Shown here: positions 27,246 to 39,924 of the stretch, piece after piece
Numbering within the stretch: position 1 is the stretch's first letter
How the letters are laid out: the number at the start of each line of letters is the position of its first letter
Assembly (NCBI RefSeq): GCF_963921235.1
Contig: NC_086102.1
Coordinates: 44,082,001-44,146,000 of the forward strand
DNA from: Mobula hypostoma
Taxonomy: Eukaryota
Reading direction: 5' to 3'
DNA length: 64,000 bases
Translations under genes and position numbers: made by a program
The notes under the pieces: generated by a model
Told to the model about the DNA's origin: nothing
The model's input: the letters and a program-made list of their open reading frames with translations, nothing else
The model's database searches: none

Positions 27246-29070
27246 TTTTTTATGTTGAACTTCCAGCTGCTGCATTCACTCCCTGGGTGGTCTGCAGACA
27301 TGAACCTGCCAGATCTGAAATTCACTAGTTCTTTAAAACGACTCCAAACAATGGTACTCACTGCAGTCTCTGAGGCTGCAGATTTCAGCTGTGGTAAAGT
27401 GGGAATACTTGACGACTCCCTTGGGAGCTGCACACAAAAAGTCACTACTCTTTGGAGTCCCGCCGAAGGGTTTCGGCCTGATACATCGACTATACTCTTT
27501 TCATAGATGCTGCCTGGCCTGCTGAGTTCTCCAGCATTTTGTGTGTGGTGCACCATTTTTCAGACCCTTCTTAGCAATATTAAAAAGCTTTTAACTTCTT
27601 CCAAGATTGGCCTTTAGGCAAGCTTTCAGTACGGTAACATAAAGACAGTCAGTGATCAGAGATGTTTGAGAAGTACATACTGGCACTATGGAATAAATCT
27701 GGAAACTTTTTTCTTCACATAGCACTACAACTCTAATGAAGAACCACCAATAAATGATAAGGACAAACTCCTGGAGATATTCAGTTCTGGATTTAGCTGT
27801 GTGGGGGCGGTGGGGGGGGGGTTTAAAATCAGACACAATAAAATAAACATTTTCCAGCAAACGTTTGAACCATGACCTTATCATAACCAACAACCTGCTT
27901 TGTAACAGGGACACTCCTGCTGCAGCCAGTGAAACCTGCTAGATTATGTCGTTGTCTTATTGAGACTACAATTGATTGAAATGTCACATTGATGTCTACA
28001 TTGCCTCCAGCAATACAGATATGATAAGAACATAAAATGTGGAAACAAGAGGCCATTTGGCTCTTTATACTTGTTCTGCCATTCAATGAGATCGTGGTTG
28101 ATCTTTTACCTCAATGTTACTAACCTGCACCAACGCAATATCCCTCGATTTCCTTACTATCCAAATATCACTCTATCTTGATAACTGAGCCTCCACAACC
28201 AGAAAGTTTCACATTTTGGTGAATAAATTTCTTTTCATCCTTGTCTTGAATGTGAAACCTCTTATTTTGAGACTGTGACCCCCACCCCCACCCCCCCCAG
28301 CTCTAAACACTCCAATCAGGGAACATCAACAATATCTCCTCTGCCAAATCACCTTCAGAACCTGGTCAGACCACATTTGGAGCACTGTAAGCAGTTTTGG
28401 GGCCCCATATCTAGGAAAGGATGTGCTGGCATTGGAAAGGATTGAGAAGATGTTTACAAGAATTATCCTAGGAATGAAAGAGATAACATATGAAAAGCAT
28501 TTGATGGTTCTGGACCTGTACTCACTGGAGTTTAGAAGAATGGGCAGGTGGGGGGAAACTCACTGAAATCTAACAAATATTGAAAGGCCTGGATAGAGTG
28601 GATGTGGAGAGGATGTTTCCAAAGAGGGAGTCTAGGATCACAGGCACAGCCTCAGAATAGAAAGAAGTCCCTTTAGAACGGAGATGAGGAGGAATTTAGC
28701 TAGATGGAGGTGAATCAGAGGAATTTATTGTCACAGGCGGCTGTGTCAAGTCATTGGGCGTATTTAAAATGGAGGTTGGTAAGTTCGTGATTAGTAATGG
28801 CACCAAAGATTACGGGGAGAAGGCAGGAGAATGTGGTTGAGAGGGAAGATAGATCAGCCATGATTAAATGTGGAGCATTCTCAATGGGCCAGATGGCCTA
28901 ATTTTGCTTCTATGTCTTAAATGCTTCCTCTAAACTCAACATTATATAAGTGTAGTCTGTATAATCTCTTCTGATATGATCAATCCATTATCATTATCAT
29001 CAAAAAAAAAACAGCTGACAGATTTTAAAGTGATACAAGTGCTGTTAAATACTCTGTCCTTGTCTCTTAC

Positions 29071-29807
29071 CTTCACCCTGAAGGATGCACTTGGTGGGAT
29101 CAATGGTTTTTGTGGTAATGATCCCAAACACCTCAAATCCATCACACTGGCCAGCTCTCTCTTGTGAATGGAACTGAATCCAGTCATCCTCTCCGGGCGG
29201 AGTGCTGTAACTAATCTCATTCAGTTGCTTCAACCTGTTGACTACTACACACTCGGTTAACAAGATTTCCCCAGGAGAGCCATTCGTCAACAAGCTCTCT
29301 GTAAAGTCTACCCCAGTCTTGACATCTGCCAGGATTTGTTCCAACTGGATCTGATGTAGATTGAGCGAGTTCTCCTTCTGCATTTTCAGTTCTTCCAGCT
29401 CTTTCAAAAGCCTGTTCCGATGTTTCTCCAGTGCCTTGATGTAGTCCTCTGTAAAACTATTAATTTCTTCTGTTATATTGCTCAACTGCTCTTTTAGAAT
29501 CAGTCTAGAGTTGTGAATTTTTTGTATGTTCTCCTGTAGAACACCAATACGTGGCTGTGTTTTTTTCAGAAGCTGCTTGATTGACTTGCCGTGTTCGTTA
29601 ATGACATTGGTGATAAAGTCACAGTTGTGGTCTTGATGACCCACAATACAACAGTCTCTGCAGACCAGACAATCGCACGTCTCACAAAACAACCTCAGTT
29701 CCTCTGAAGGATGAGCAGAGCACATGATGGATTGTACAATTCTCCCAGTTCCACCTTGCAGGTCCTTCAGTGCCACCAAGTTATGACTAGCAGTCGCTCT
29801 CTGCCTC
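29071..29807 (-). CDS. TRIM45: TRIM45 coding exon 2 (B-box 2, coiled coil)
   Basis: Acceptor TTTCCGCAG|G; RRQRATASHNLVALKDL...CSAHPSEELRLFCETCDCLVCRDC...DPTKCILQGE; donor GAAG|GTAAG (phase 1); 737 nt. Confidence 0.97.
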
Positions 29808-30775
29808 CTGCGGAAAGAATTAGTTTTAAAACACTTCCGGACCAACTAACTACATTTTTAATAAGATTGATATCATCTTAAAATTACAATACTTCATCAG
29901 ATGGAAATAATTGAAAACTTTCAAATAACGATGAGCCAGAGTACAGGAAGGAGATAAGGAGCCTAGTTACATAGAGTCATAACAATCTTCCCCTCAATGA
30001 CAACAAAAGACCTGGGCACTGATTTCGCTAATAATCTGTACTGGTCTAAACACGTAGACAGCAGGGCCAAGTGCCTCTATTTCCTTCTGAGGCTAAATAA
30101 TCTGACATAACCACTTTGACCCTCACTAATTTGTAGAGATGCACTTTAGAAAGCATCCTATCAGGATGCGCCACAGTTTAACATGACAGCTGCTCTCCTT
30201 TAGACTGCAAGAAACTGCAGACACAACTCAGCAAATCACAGAAACCAACTTCCGGCCCAGGGATTTATCTGCACTTCTCACTGCCTCCGTAAAGCAGTCA
30301 AAGGCCCCAACCCACACTGCACATCCTCTCTTCTCCCCCTCCCAACAGTCAGAAGATACAAAGCAGCGCCACCAGGCTCAGGGACGGCTTCCATCCCGCT
30401 GCTAATGGTCCCCAAGTTATGATAAGATGGATTCATATCCTCCTTACCTCATAACCCACTTCGTTATAACCTTATTGTCCCATCTGCTGTTCACTGTAAC
30501 ATTACATTCTGCATTCTTGTTTCCTCTGACCACCTCAATGCATGTCATGCAAAATAGGTTTTTCACAGTTCCTCAGTAACAAACCAATTTACCAAACAGG
30601 TTGCTTCCTATCATTTAACTGGATGGTACCCAAACATTAAACTTTATAATGAAGAGACATCCATTCCAATACCTTTCCTCTAAGTTTACAAACTATTCTG
30701 TCTATACAAAAAACTATTGGAAGATGAATGCTAGGTGAGTGAACAAAATGCAAACACCAATTCAAATAGGCTTAC

Positions 30776-31215
30776 CTGTGAGCTTTAGAGCAAAAATCGC
30801 AGAGGACTGCTGAGCAAACTTGACACCTTCTTTCAGCTTCTCCGTCATTACAAAGGTCACAGACTAACTTGTGGTCGAGTCTCTTCAAACGCTCTAGTAA
30901 AACCTCGTTTTGGATCAGGTGGTTAGTGGTCAGCCCTTGCATTCCTGCCGTGGGCACATACACCTCGAAATCGCAGGCTGGGCACAGGATGCAAACCCTC
31001 GATCCTGACCTGACCTCTCTCCCTGTCTGCGGAACACAGAACTGCTCCAGGCCACTTAAGCAGTCCAAGCAGAAGGTGTGCAGGCAAGGCAGGAGCTTGG
31101 GATTCGAGTAAAAGCTTCTACAAACCAAACATTTTGTCCTGCAACTCCTTGGAGATTCTGAACTCAAGGGTGGTGCAACAGCCTTGCTCTCCAATTCTTT
31201 CTGTCTCACTGACAT
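30776..31215 (-). CDS. TRIM45: TRIM45 coding exon 1 (RING finger, B-box 1)
   Basis: ATG at 31215; MSVRQK...CLVCRSFYSNPKLLPCLHTFCLDC...CPAC...VCDLCNDGEAERRCQVCSAVLCDFCSKAH matches the vertebrate TRIM45 N-terminus as I recall it; phase-2 donor CACAG|GTAAG; acceptor TTTTTGTAG at 31237 implies an upstream non-coding exon. Confidence 0.96.
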
Positions 31216-31619
31216 TTTCACGGAGGTTTTTCAAATCTACAAAAATCAAAATTCAAGTTGCTAAGATCTCAGCACACCAAAAACGCAACGTTAAACTATA
31301 ATAATCACTACAATTAATCGTTTAGATCTTATTTCTTCACTTGGCCTACTTCAGATCAGAATCAGTGTTATTAATTGACCCAGATTCACGAAAGTGTTTC
31401 GGCTTTGAAACGAACCATCTGCTTCCCTCTACAATACCCAATGAAGAATATTAGAATTCTAGAATTTACTCCGTCCAGAAAAATCTCATTCACTTTTTCT
31501 TGTAGATTCTGCTGTGGGCAATTATAAGAATCAAATGTAGCCGAATAAGTACAACGTCTATAAATCACTATTGTTGAAAGTTAAAATAGTAGACAGAGAT
31601 CTGTTATGGTATAACCTAC

Positions 31620-32400
31620 TCCATCAAAATGTACCCGCCGTTCTTCCCAACACTCAATGTAAATCACATTCCCTTGTCTGCGTACGTTCCCAACATTCAC
31701 TCCACCACATCCCTCAAACCCGGTAACTTCCCGTGACTTTTCCGACTGGATTTTCTCGCTGTGTATTGTTCAGCTGCCCGGGATATAGTCGAATGACAGA
31801 GTGAACACCGAGACCCGCCCGCCTGCACTGAAGTTTCTCACTCCAAGAGGTTTCTCACAAAAAGATCGCAAACTATTCCAAACTCGTAACATTCAAACGT
31901 GATTGACGGCCCAACAGACCAACTAGCAACGCACATATGCAGTTACAGGCACCAATCAGAAATAGGGAGCGGGAGAAAGATTTATCGCCTGGAGGTTTTT
32001 TGTTCGCTCTGCAATGAAAGGTTCCTCCCAACTACGGCGCAAGTTGGTGCTGCCGTTGTAGGTCTGGAGGACCAGTGTCCGGGGACGCAGAACTGAATCA
32101 ACTCCGTTAACAAAACATCGTTGTTAGCAGAAACCCGAAACACAGGAAAAAAATCAACTGCAAAACAAAAATAGGAAATGCAATTAAGTCCAATAATTGA
32201 ACCGTGTATCAGTTGGGAGCTCCCACCCAGTCTAGTCAATTGCACAGAGAGACAACACCTGAAAATTTGGACGCATCATGCTCCTTCGGTTACCAGGGAC
32301 GGAATTGTGTGCTGTCCGAGGTACTTGACTTTGGGTCAAAATGATGGTTCGGGATTGTTTGTAGATTCCGTAGAATCCTACAAACAGTAAAGTTAAATGT
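31620..32400. promoter_or_regulatory. Probable TRIM45 promoter / non-coding first exon region (CpG-rich unique DNA)
   Basis: Non-repetitive, visibly CpG-enriched, GC-box-like CCCGCCC near 31815; lies upstream of the splice acceptor at 31237. Confidence 0.55.
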
Positions 32401-34251
32401 CAGACAGCAAAAGTCGCCTGGATCCATCCAGAGCTGTGCCCCCCGTGTATCTTATGACAAGGCTATTTTTGTCTTCATTGCCGCACAGAAGTCTCAGGTG
32501 GCAGAGATCTGGTCGCTTCCTCGATAAATGCCGTAGACAAGTTCTTATGAAAAGTCTAGTAGCAGCTTGTTCCTGTTAGGGTGAGAGGTGCACATACCAA
32601 TTTCAAAGAACTCTGGCTGACAAAAGATTTTGAGACTCTGTCAAGGAAGAGGAATGAAGTATACATCACGTTTAGGCAGCTGGGTACGAATATATCCCTT
32701 GATGAATAGAAAAGTGTAAGACCAGATTTAAGAGAGAAGTTATTAAGGCAAAAAGAGTGTATGAGATAGATTTAGCAGGCAGGATTAAAGATAATCCGAA
32801 TACGTATTTTACTTAAATTAACAGTAAAAGAGTGACTGGTGTGAGACTCTGTATTCTTAAAGACCATCATGGCTGCCTATGTGTGGAGCTATAGAAGATG
32901 GCTGAGAACTTTAATATCTGTTTCTCCTTGGTGTTTACTAAGGAGGATATCATTGATGCCAAATGAATTAAGGTAATAAATAGTATTTAGATCATTTGCA
33001 TATTATAAGGAAGGCAGTATTTGCAGCCTTGAAGAGCATTAATGTGGAGAAATCCCCAGAGCCTAACTAATTGCACTCACAAACCTTATGGAAGGCCAGG
33101 GAAGAAATCATGAAGGCCTTTGTGGAGATATTTGCTGTGGAGATAATGGCAAAGTTCCAAAAGAGTAGAGTGAATGGTTCAAGAATAGTGGCAAGGACAG
33201 TCCAGGGCATTAAAGGCTGGAGAGCCTGATTAAGTTGTGGGGAAACTACTGGAGGAAAATCTGAGGGACAACATAACTTGGATAGTGAAGACCTGACCAA
33301 GAGAAGTTAGCATAGCTTTGTGCAGTTTTGGGAGTTGGTGGTCATATCTAGGGAACTTTGAATTTTATTGAAGAGATAACTAAAGGGAAAGATGAAGATA
33401 TGACCATGGATGTTGTCTACATGGACTTTAGTAAGATCCCTCTGAGCAGGTGGATTTGGAAGGTTAGGTTGAATGGGATCCATTTAGAGCTAGCCAGATG
33501 GATTCAGAATTTGCTCATTGATAGAAAGCAGACAGTGATAGTCAAAGGTGGATTCTAGTGGGTTGCCTCAGGAGACCTCGGTGATTCATCGTTTATAGGT
33601 CAATAGGTACATTTAATGTCAGAGAAATATATACAATATACCCACTGAAATTCTTTTTATTCGCAAACATCCACGAAAACAGAAGAGTGCCCCAAAGAAT
33701 GAATGATAATTAAAATGTTAGAACCCCAAAGCTCCTCAGCTCCCCCCTACCATGCACAAGCAACAGCAAGGCAATGATTCCACCCCCCCGCCCCCCACCA
33801 TCACCACCAGCAAAAGGTATCAGCGCCCTCCACCAAGCACCTAAGTATGCAGGCAAAGCATCAATAAAGACACAGGCTTGCAGTACCTCAAAGACTACTC
33901 ATTCACCCAGTTATTTGACATACCACAGGCTCTCTCTCTCCCTAATAAAGGAAAAAGAGGTGTCCCCGTTTCACAGCGAGAGGGGAGATGTAACAAACAA
34001 CTCACTGATTTACAATGTTAGAAGTCTGTTGTGTCACTTTTTCCGAGCTCTGCGCCCAGAGAGTCGGTCCCAGAAAGGCACAGCTCTTTGAACACACAAC
34101 TCTCATTATGTAAATGATTTGAATATAAACATACATACATTATTAGCGAATTTGCTGATATATTACATTAGATCCATTTCTGACACCCCTCTGCCCTTCT
34201 CAATCTCTCTGTCTCCATCTCTGGAGACAAACTGTCTATCGATATCTTTTA

Positions 34252-36056
34252 AACGCAAACAACAGGAATTCTGCAGATGCTGGAAATTCAAGCAACACAC
34301 ATCAAAGTTGCTGGTGAACGCAGCAGGCCAAGCAGCATCTATAGGAAGAGGCGCAGTCGACGTTTCAGGCTGAGACCCTTCGTCAGGACTAACTGAAGGA
34401 AGAGTGAGTAAGGGATTTGAAAGCTGGAGGGGGACGGGGAGATGCAAAATGATAGGAGAAGACAGGAGGGGGAGGGATAGAGCCGAGAGCTGGACAGGTG
34501 ATAGGCAAAAGGGGATACGAGAGGATCATGGGACAGGAGGTCCGGGAAGAAAGACGGGGGGGGGTGACCCAGAGGATGGGCAAGAGGTATATTCAGAGGG
34601 ACAGAGGGAGAAAAAGGAGAGTGAGAGAAAGAATGTGTGCATAAAAAGGAGTAACAGCTGGGGTACGAGGGGGAGGTGGGGCCTAGCGGAAGTTAGAGAA
34701 GTCAATGTTCATGCCATCAGGTTGGAGGCTACCCAGACGGAATATAAGGTGTTGTTCCTCCAACCTGAGTGTGGCTTCATCTTTACAGTAGAGGAGGCCG
34801 TGGATAGACATGTCAGAATGGGAATGGGATGTGGAATTAAAATGTGTGGCCACTGGGAGATCCTGCTTTCTCTGGCGGACAGAGCGTAGATGTTCAGCAA
34901 AGCGGTCTCCCAGTGGACAAGGGAGATGTCTTCATTTTTTAAAGAAAGGGGCTTCCCTTCCTCCACTATCAACTCTGCTCTTAAACGCATCTCCCCCATT
35001 TCACGTACATCTGCTCTCACTCCATCCTCCCACCACCCCACTAGGAATAGGGTTCCCCTGGTCCTCACCTACCACCCCACCAGCCTCCGGGTCCAACATA
35101 TTATTCTCCGTAACTTCCGCCACCTCCAACGGGATCCCACCACTAAGCACATCTTTCCCTCCCCCCCCCCTGCATTCCGCAGGGATCGCTCCCTACACAA
35201 CTCCCTTGTCCATTCGTCCCCCCCATCCCTCCCCACTGATCTCCCTCCTGGCACTTATCCGTGTAAGCGGAACAAGTGCTACACATGCCCTTACACTTCC
35301 TCCCTTACCACCATTCAGGGCCCCAAACAGTCCTTCCAGGTGAGGCATCACTTCACCTGTGAGTCGACTGGGGTGATATACTGCGTCCGGTGCTCCCGAT
35401 GTGGCCTTTTATATATTGGTGAGACCCGACGCAGACTGGGAGACCGCTTTGCTGAACATCTACGCTCTGTCCGCCAGAGAAAGCAGGATCTCCCAGTGGC
35501 CACACATTTTAATTCCACATCCCATTCCCATTCTGACATGTCTATCCACGGCCTCCTCTACTGTAAAGATGAAGCCACACTCAGGTTGGAGGAACAACAC
35601 CTTATATTCCGTCTGGGTAGCCTCCAACCTGATGGCATGAACATTGACTTCTCTAACTTCCGCTAGGCCCCACCTCCCCCTCGCACCCCATCTGTTACTC
35701 ATTTTTATGCACACATTCTTTCTCTCACTCTCCTTTTTCTCCCTCTGTCCCTCTGAATATACCTCTTGCCCATCCTCTGGGTCACCCCCCCCCGTCTTTC
35801 TTCCCGGACCTCATGTCCCATGATCCTCTCGTATCCCCTTTTGCCTATCACCTGTCCAGCTCTCAGCTCTATCCCTCCCCCTCCTGTCTTCTCCTATCAT
35901 TTTGCATCTCCCCCTCCCCCTCCAGCTTTCAAATCCCTTACTCACTCTTCCTTCAGTTAGTCCTGACGAAGGGTCTCGGCCTGAAACGTCGACTGCGCCT
36001 CTTCCTATAGATGCTGCTTGGCCTGCTGCATTCACCAGCAACTTTGATGTGTGTTG
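34252..36056 (+). mobile_element. Young Penelope-like element with GIY-YIG endonuclease, inverted pLTR arms and 14-bp TSD
   Basis: ORF 34890-35666 with VIYCVRCSRCGLLYIGET...HLRSV...HFN; 34293-34914 is the reverse complement of 35435-36056; TSD ATCGATATCTTTTA at 34238-34251 and 36057-36070. Confidence 0.93.
35957..35994 (+). ncRNA. Minimal type I hammerhead ribozyme motif in Penelope pLTR
   Basis: AGTC-CTGACGA-(short stem II)-GAAAC-GTC-GACT: catalytic core, predicted GUC cleavage triplet, stem I AGTC/GACT; inverted copy near 34355-34392. Confidence 0.78.
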
Positions 36057-38318
36057 ATCGATATCTTTTATAAATCTAGCAACGCCCACAGCTATTTTGA
36101 CTATACTTCTTCCCACCATGCCTCCTGTAAAAAAAAATTCCCTTTTATCAGTTCCTTCTTTTCTGCTGTATCTGCTCCTCGGATGAGTCTCTCCTTTCCA
36201 GAACATCAAAGATGTCCTCCTTCTTCAAAGAATGTGGTTTCCCTTCCTTCACTATTGATGCTGCCCTCACAAACATCTCCTCTACTAACAGGACATTTGC
36301 CCTCACCCCATCTTCCTGCTGCCTTAACAAAGATAGAGCTGCTGTTGTCTTCACCTACCATCCCATGAGCCTCAACATACAACACATCATTCTCCACAAC
36401 TTCCACGATTTTCAATGGGATCCTACTACCTCCCACTGACTCTCTGCTTTCTGCAGGGATTGCTCCCTTTATGATTCCCTTGACCATTTATTCCTCTCCA
36501 CTAATCTCCCTCCGGACACTATTCCCTGCAAGCAAAAGAAGTACTGCACCTCCCCATTCACCTCCTCCCTCTCTCCATTCAGGGCCCCAAATGGTCTTTC
36601 TGGGTGAGGCAACACTTCAGCAGTGAATCTGTTGAAGTGGTCAACTGTATCCATTGCTCCCAATATGGCCTCCTCTACAATGATGAGAACCAACGTAGGT
36701 TAGAGAACCACTTTCTTGAGCACTGTCACTCCATTCATAACGAGCAAGGTTTCTCGGTAATTAATCATTTTAATTCCAGTCCCCATTCCCATTCCAATAT
36801 GTTGACTAATACCTCCTCCACTGCCACAATAAGGTCAGTCTCAGGTTGGATGAGCAGCAGATCATATTGCATCTGGTTAGCTTTATCTCGAAGGCATAAA
36901 CTTCAATTTTTCTAACTTGTAATTTTTTCCGGACCAGCTTGCCTCCACTCACCACTCTGCCTCCCCTTTTACCTCTTCCTGTCTCCTCACTTGCCTATCA
37001 TCTTCCCCTGGTGCCACTCATAAGACCATAAGACGTAGGAGCAGGATAAGGCCATTCAGCCCATTGAGTCAACTCTGCCATTCATCATCATCATGCTGAT
37101 CCTTTTTTCCCCTCCTCAGCCCCACTTCCTGGCCTTCTCCCCGTAACCTTTGATGTAGTCCTATCGAGAACCTATCAATCTCTGCCTTAAATACACCCAA
37201 CGACCACAGCTGCCACTGGTAACACATTCCACAAATTCACCACCCTCTGGCTGAAGAAGTGTCTCCACATCTCTGTTTTAATTGGACATCCTTTCTCCTA
37301 GACCCCCCCCACCGCCCCCACCTTGGGAAACATCCTTTTCACATCTACTCTACCTAGGCCTTTCAGCATTCAAAAGGCTTCAATGAGATCCCCCTTCATC
37401 CTTCTAAATTCCAGCGAATACAGACCCAGAGCTATCAAACGTTCCTCATGTGTTAACCCTTACATTCCCAGAATCATCCACGTGAACCTCCTGTGAAACC
37501 TCTCCAACGCCAGCACATCTTTTCTTAGATGAGGGGCCCAAAACTGCTCACAATACTCAAGGTGAGGCTTCACCAGTGCCTTATAAAGCCTCAGCATCAT
37601 GTCCCTGCTCTTGTATTCTGGACCTCTTGAAATTAATGCTGACATTGCATTTGCCTTCCCTCATCACTGACCCTCTCTTATACCACTGTAATTTCCTTTA
37701 CTCCACTGAAATACCCTATGTCAGACTTTACTTTCTCCCATCAAACTTCAAGTTGAACTTAATCATATTGTGATCACTGTCTCCAGAGGGTTCTTTTACC
37801 TTAAGCTTGCTAGTTGCCTCTGGTTCATTACATAACACCCAACCTATTATAGTTGATCCCCTTGTAGGCTCAATGACAAACTGCTCTAAGAAGCCATCTC
37901 TTCAGCATTCAAGAAACTCAGTCTCTTGAGATCCACTCCCGACGTGATTTTCCCAATTGACCATCATCCTTCCCTTTCTCCCTTGGTCCACTCTCATCTC
38001 CTATTGGATTCCTTCTTCTCCAGCCCTTTACCTTTGCCACCTATCACCTCCCAGCTTCTTACTTCATCTCCCCCTTCCCCAATAACCTGGCTTCACCTAT
38101 CACTTTTTAGCTTTTAATCCTTCCCCTCTCTCCACCACCTTATTCTGAATTATTTTCCCTTCCTTTCCAGTTCTGATAAAGGCTCTCGACCCAAAACATC
38201 GATCATTTTCATTTCCACAGATGCTGCCTGACCTGCTGAGTTCCAGCATTTTGTAGGTGCTACTTTGGATTTCTAGCATCTGCAGAATCTCTTGTGTTTC
38301 TACTACATTAGCATTATT

Positions 38319-39900
38319 GTTGAGACTGAGGAGGCTGGTGTAGGGGGCAGGGCTTCAGATTCTTGGATAATTGGGATCTTTTCTGGGGGAAGTATGACCT
38401 GTTCAAAAAGGACAGCTTACACCTGAACCCAAAGGGGACCAATATCCTGGCGGGAAAGTTTAATAGAGCTGTTAGGGAGGGTTTAAACTAATTTGGCAGG
38501 GGAATGGGAACCAGAATGATAGAGCGGAGGAAGGGGAAAACAGAAATAAATCTGAGATAGTGAGCAGTAAAGATGTCAGGAAAGACAGGCAGGTGATGGG
38601 GCAAATTTGTAGCCATTGGGATGAGTTGCAGTGCAATAAAGTTGCAGTGAAATCAAAGCAAAAAGTATCAAATACTGGTCTTAAGGTGTTGTACTTAAAT
38701 GCACGCAGCATAAGGAATAAGGTGGATGATCTTGTTGTACAGCTACAGATTGGCAGGTATGATATTGTGGCCATCACTGAGACCTGGCTAAAGGATGCAT
38801 GTCTCCGGGAGCTGAACGTCCAAGGATACACGGTGTATCGGAAGGATAGGCAGGTAGGCAGAGGGGGAGGCGTGGCTTTATTGGTAAGAAATGATATTAA
38901 ATCATTAGAAAGAGGTGATATAGGATCGGATGGTGCAGAATCTTTATGGGTTGAGCTAAGAAATAGCAGGGGTAAAAGGACCCTGATGGCAGTTATTTAT
39001 AGGCCTCCAAACAGCTGCAGGGATGTGGACTACAAATTACAACTGGAAATAGAAAAGGCTTGTGAGAAGGGCAGTGTTATGATCATTGTGGGGGATTTTA
39101 ACATGCGAGTAAATTGGGAAAATCAGGTCAGCACTGGATCTCAAGAGAGAGAATTTGTTGAATGTCTGTGAGATGGCTTTTTAGAACAGCTTGTTGTTGA
39201 GCCTACTAGGGGATCGGCTGTACTGGATTGGGTATTGCGTAATGAACCGGAGGTGATTGGAGAGATTGAGGTGAAGGAACCCTTAGGAGGCAGTGATCAT
39301 AACATGATTGAGTTCACTGTGAAATTAGAAAAAGAGAAGCCGAAATCTGATATGTCGGTATTTCAGTGGAGTAAAGGAAATTACAGTGGCATGAGAGAGG
39401 AACTGGCCAAGGTTGACTGGAAAGAGACACTGGCGGGAAAGACTCACTACCCTCTCACTAACAAAATCCCTTCTCATCTCTGTTCTAAAGAGGCTTTTCC
39501 CTCCAGTCCTAGACTCTCCCACAACAAGGAAACATCCTCTCCCCATCCAGTCTATCTGGGCCATTCAATGAGATCCCCCCTCATTCTTCCAAACTCAGGT
39601 GAGTGCCGTCCCAGAGCCTTTCATTCCCAGACACATTCTTGTGAACCTACTCCAATGCCAACATCAACTTTCTTAAATAAAGGGCCCAAAGTTGCTGACA
39701 ATACTCCAAGTGAGGTCTGACCAATGCCTTAGATAGCCTCAGCATTACATCCTTGATCTTATATTCTAGTCCTCTTGAAATGAATGCTAACATTGCGTTT
39801 GCTTCCCTTTCCATCCACAAACTCAATCTGCAAGTTAACCATTAGGGAATCCTGCATGGGACTCCCAAGACACTTACATCTCTGATTTCCCAATTTTCTT
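38319..39900. mobile_element. CR1 fragments (plus: ORF1 end + endonuclease to about 39442; minus: RT 3' part)
   Basis: VLYLNARSIRNK, ITETWL, GGSDHNMIEF; strand switch near 39443. Confidence 0.85.
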
Positions 39901-39924
39901 CCAGTTTATAAAAAATATCATATG

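Larger units (their letters stand above)
34160..38300 (+). mobile_element. Older Penelope copy hosting the young Penelope and a minus-strand CR1 fragment (about 37019-37960)
   Basis: Host reads DKLSIDIFYKSSNAHSYFDYTSSH across the TSD; degenerate GIY-YIG at 36.6-36.9 kb; pLTR resumes at about 37960. Confidence 0.78.

Noticed and set aside
34810-35343. Long Pro/Ser-rich or Gly/Arg-rich ORFs overlapping Penelope and CR1 copies
   Set aside because: Alternative-frame or antisense shadows of transposon sequence.
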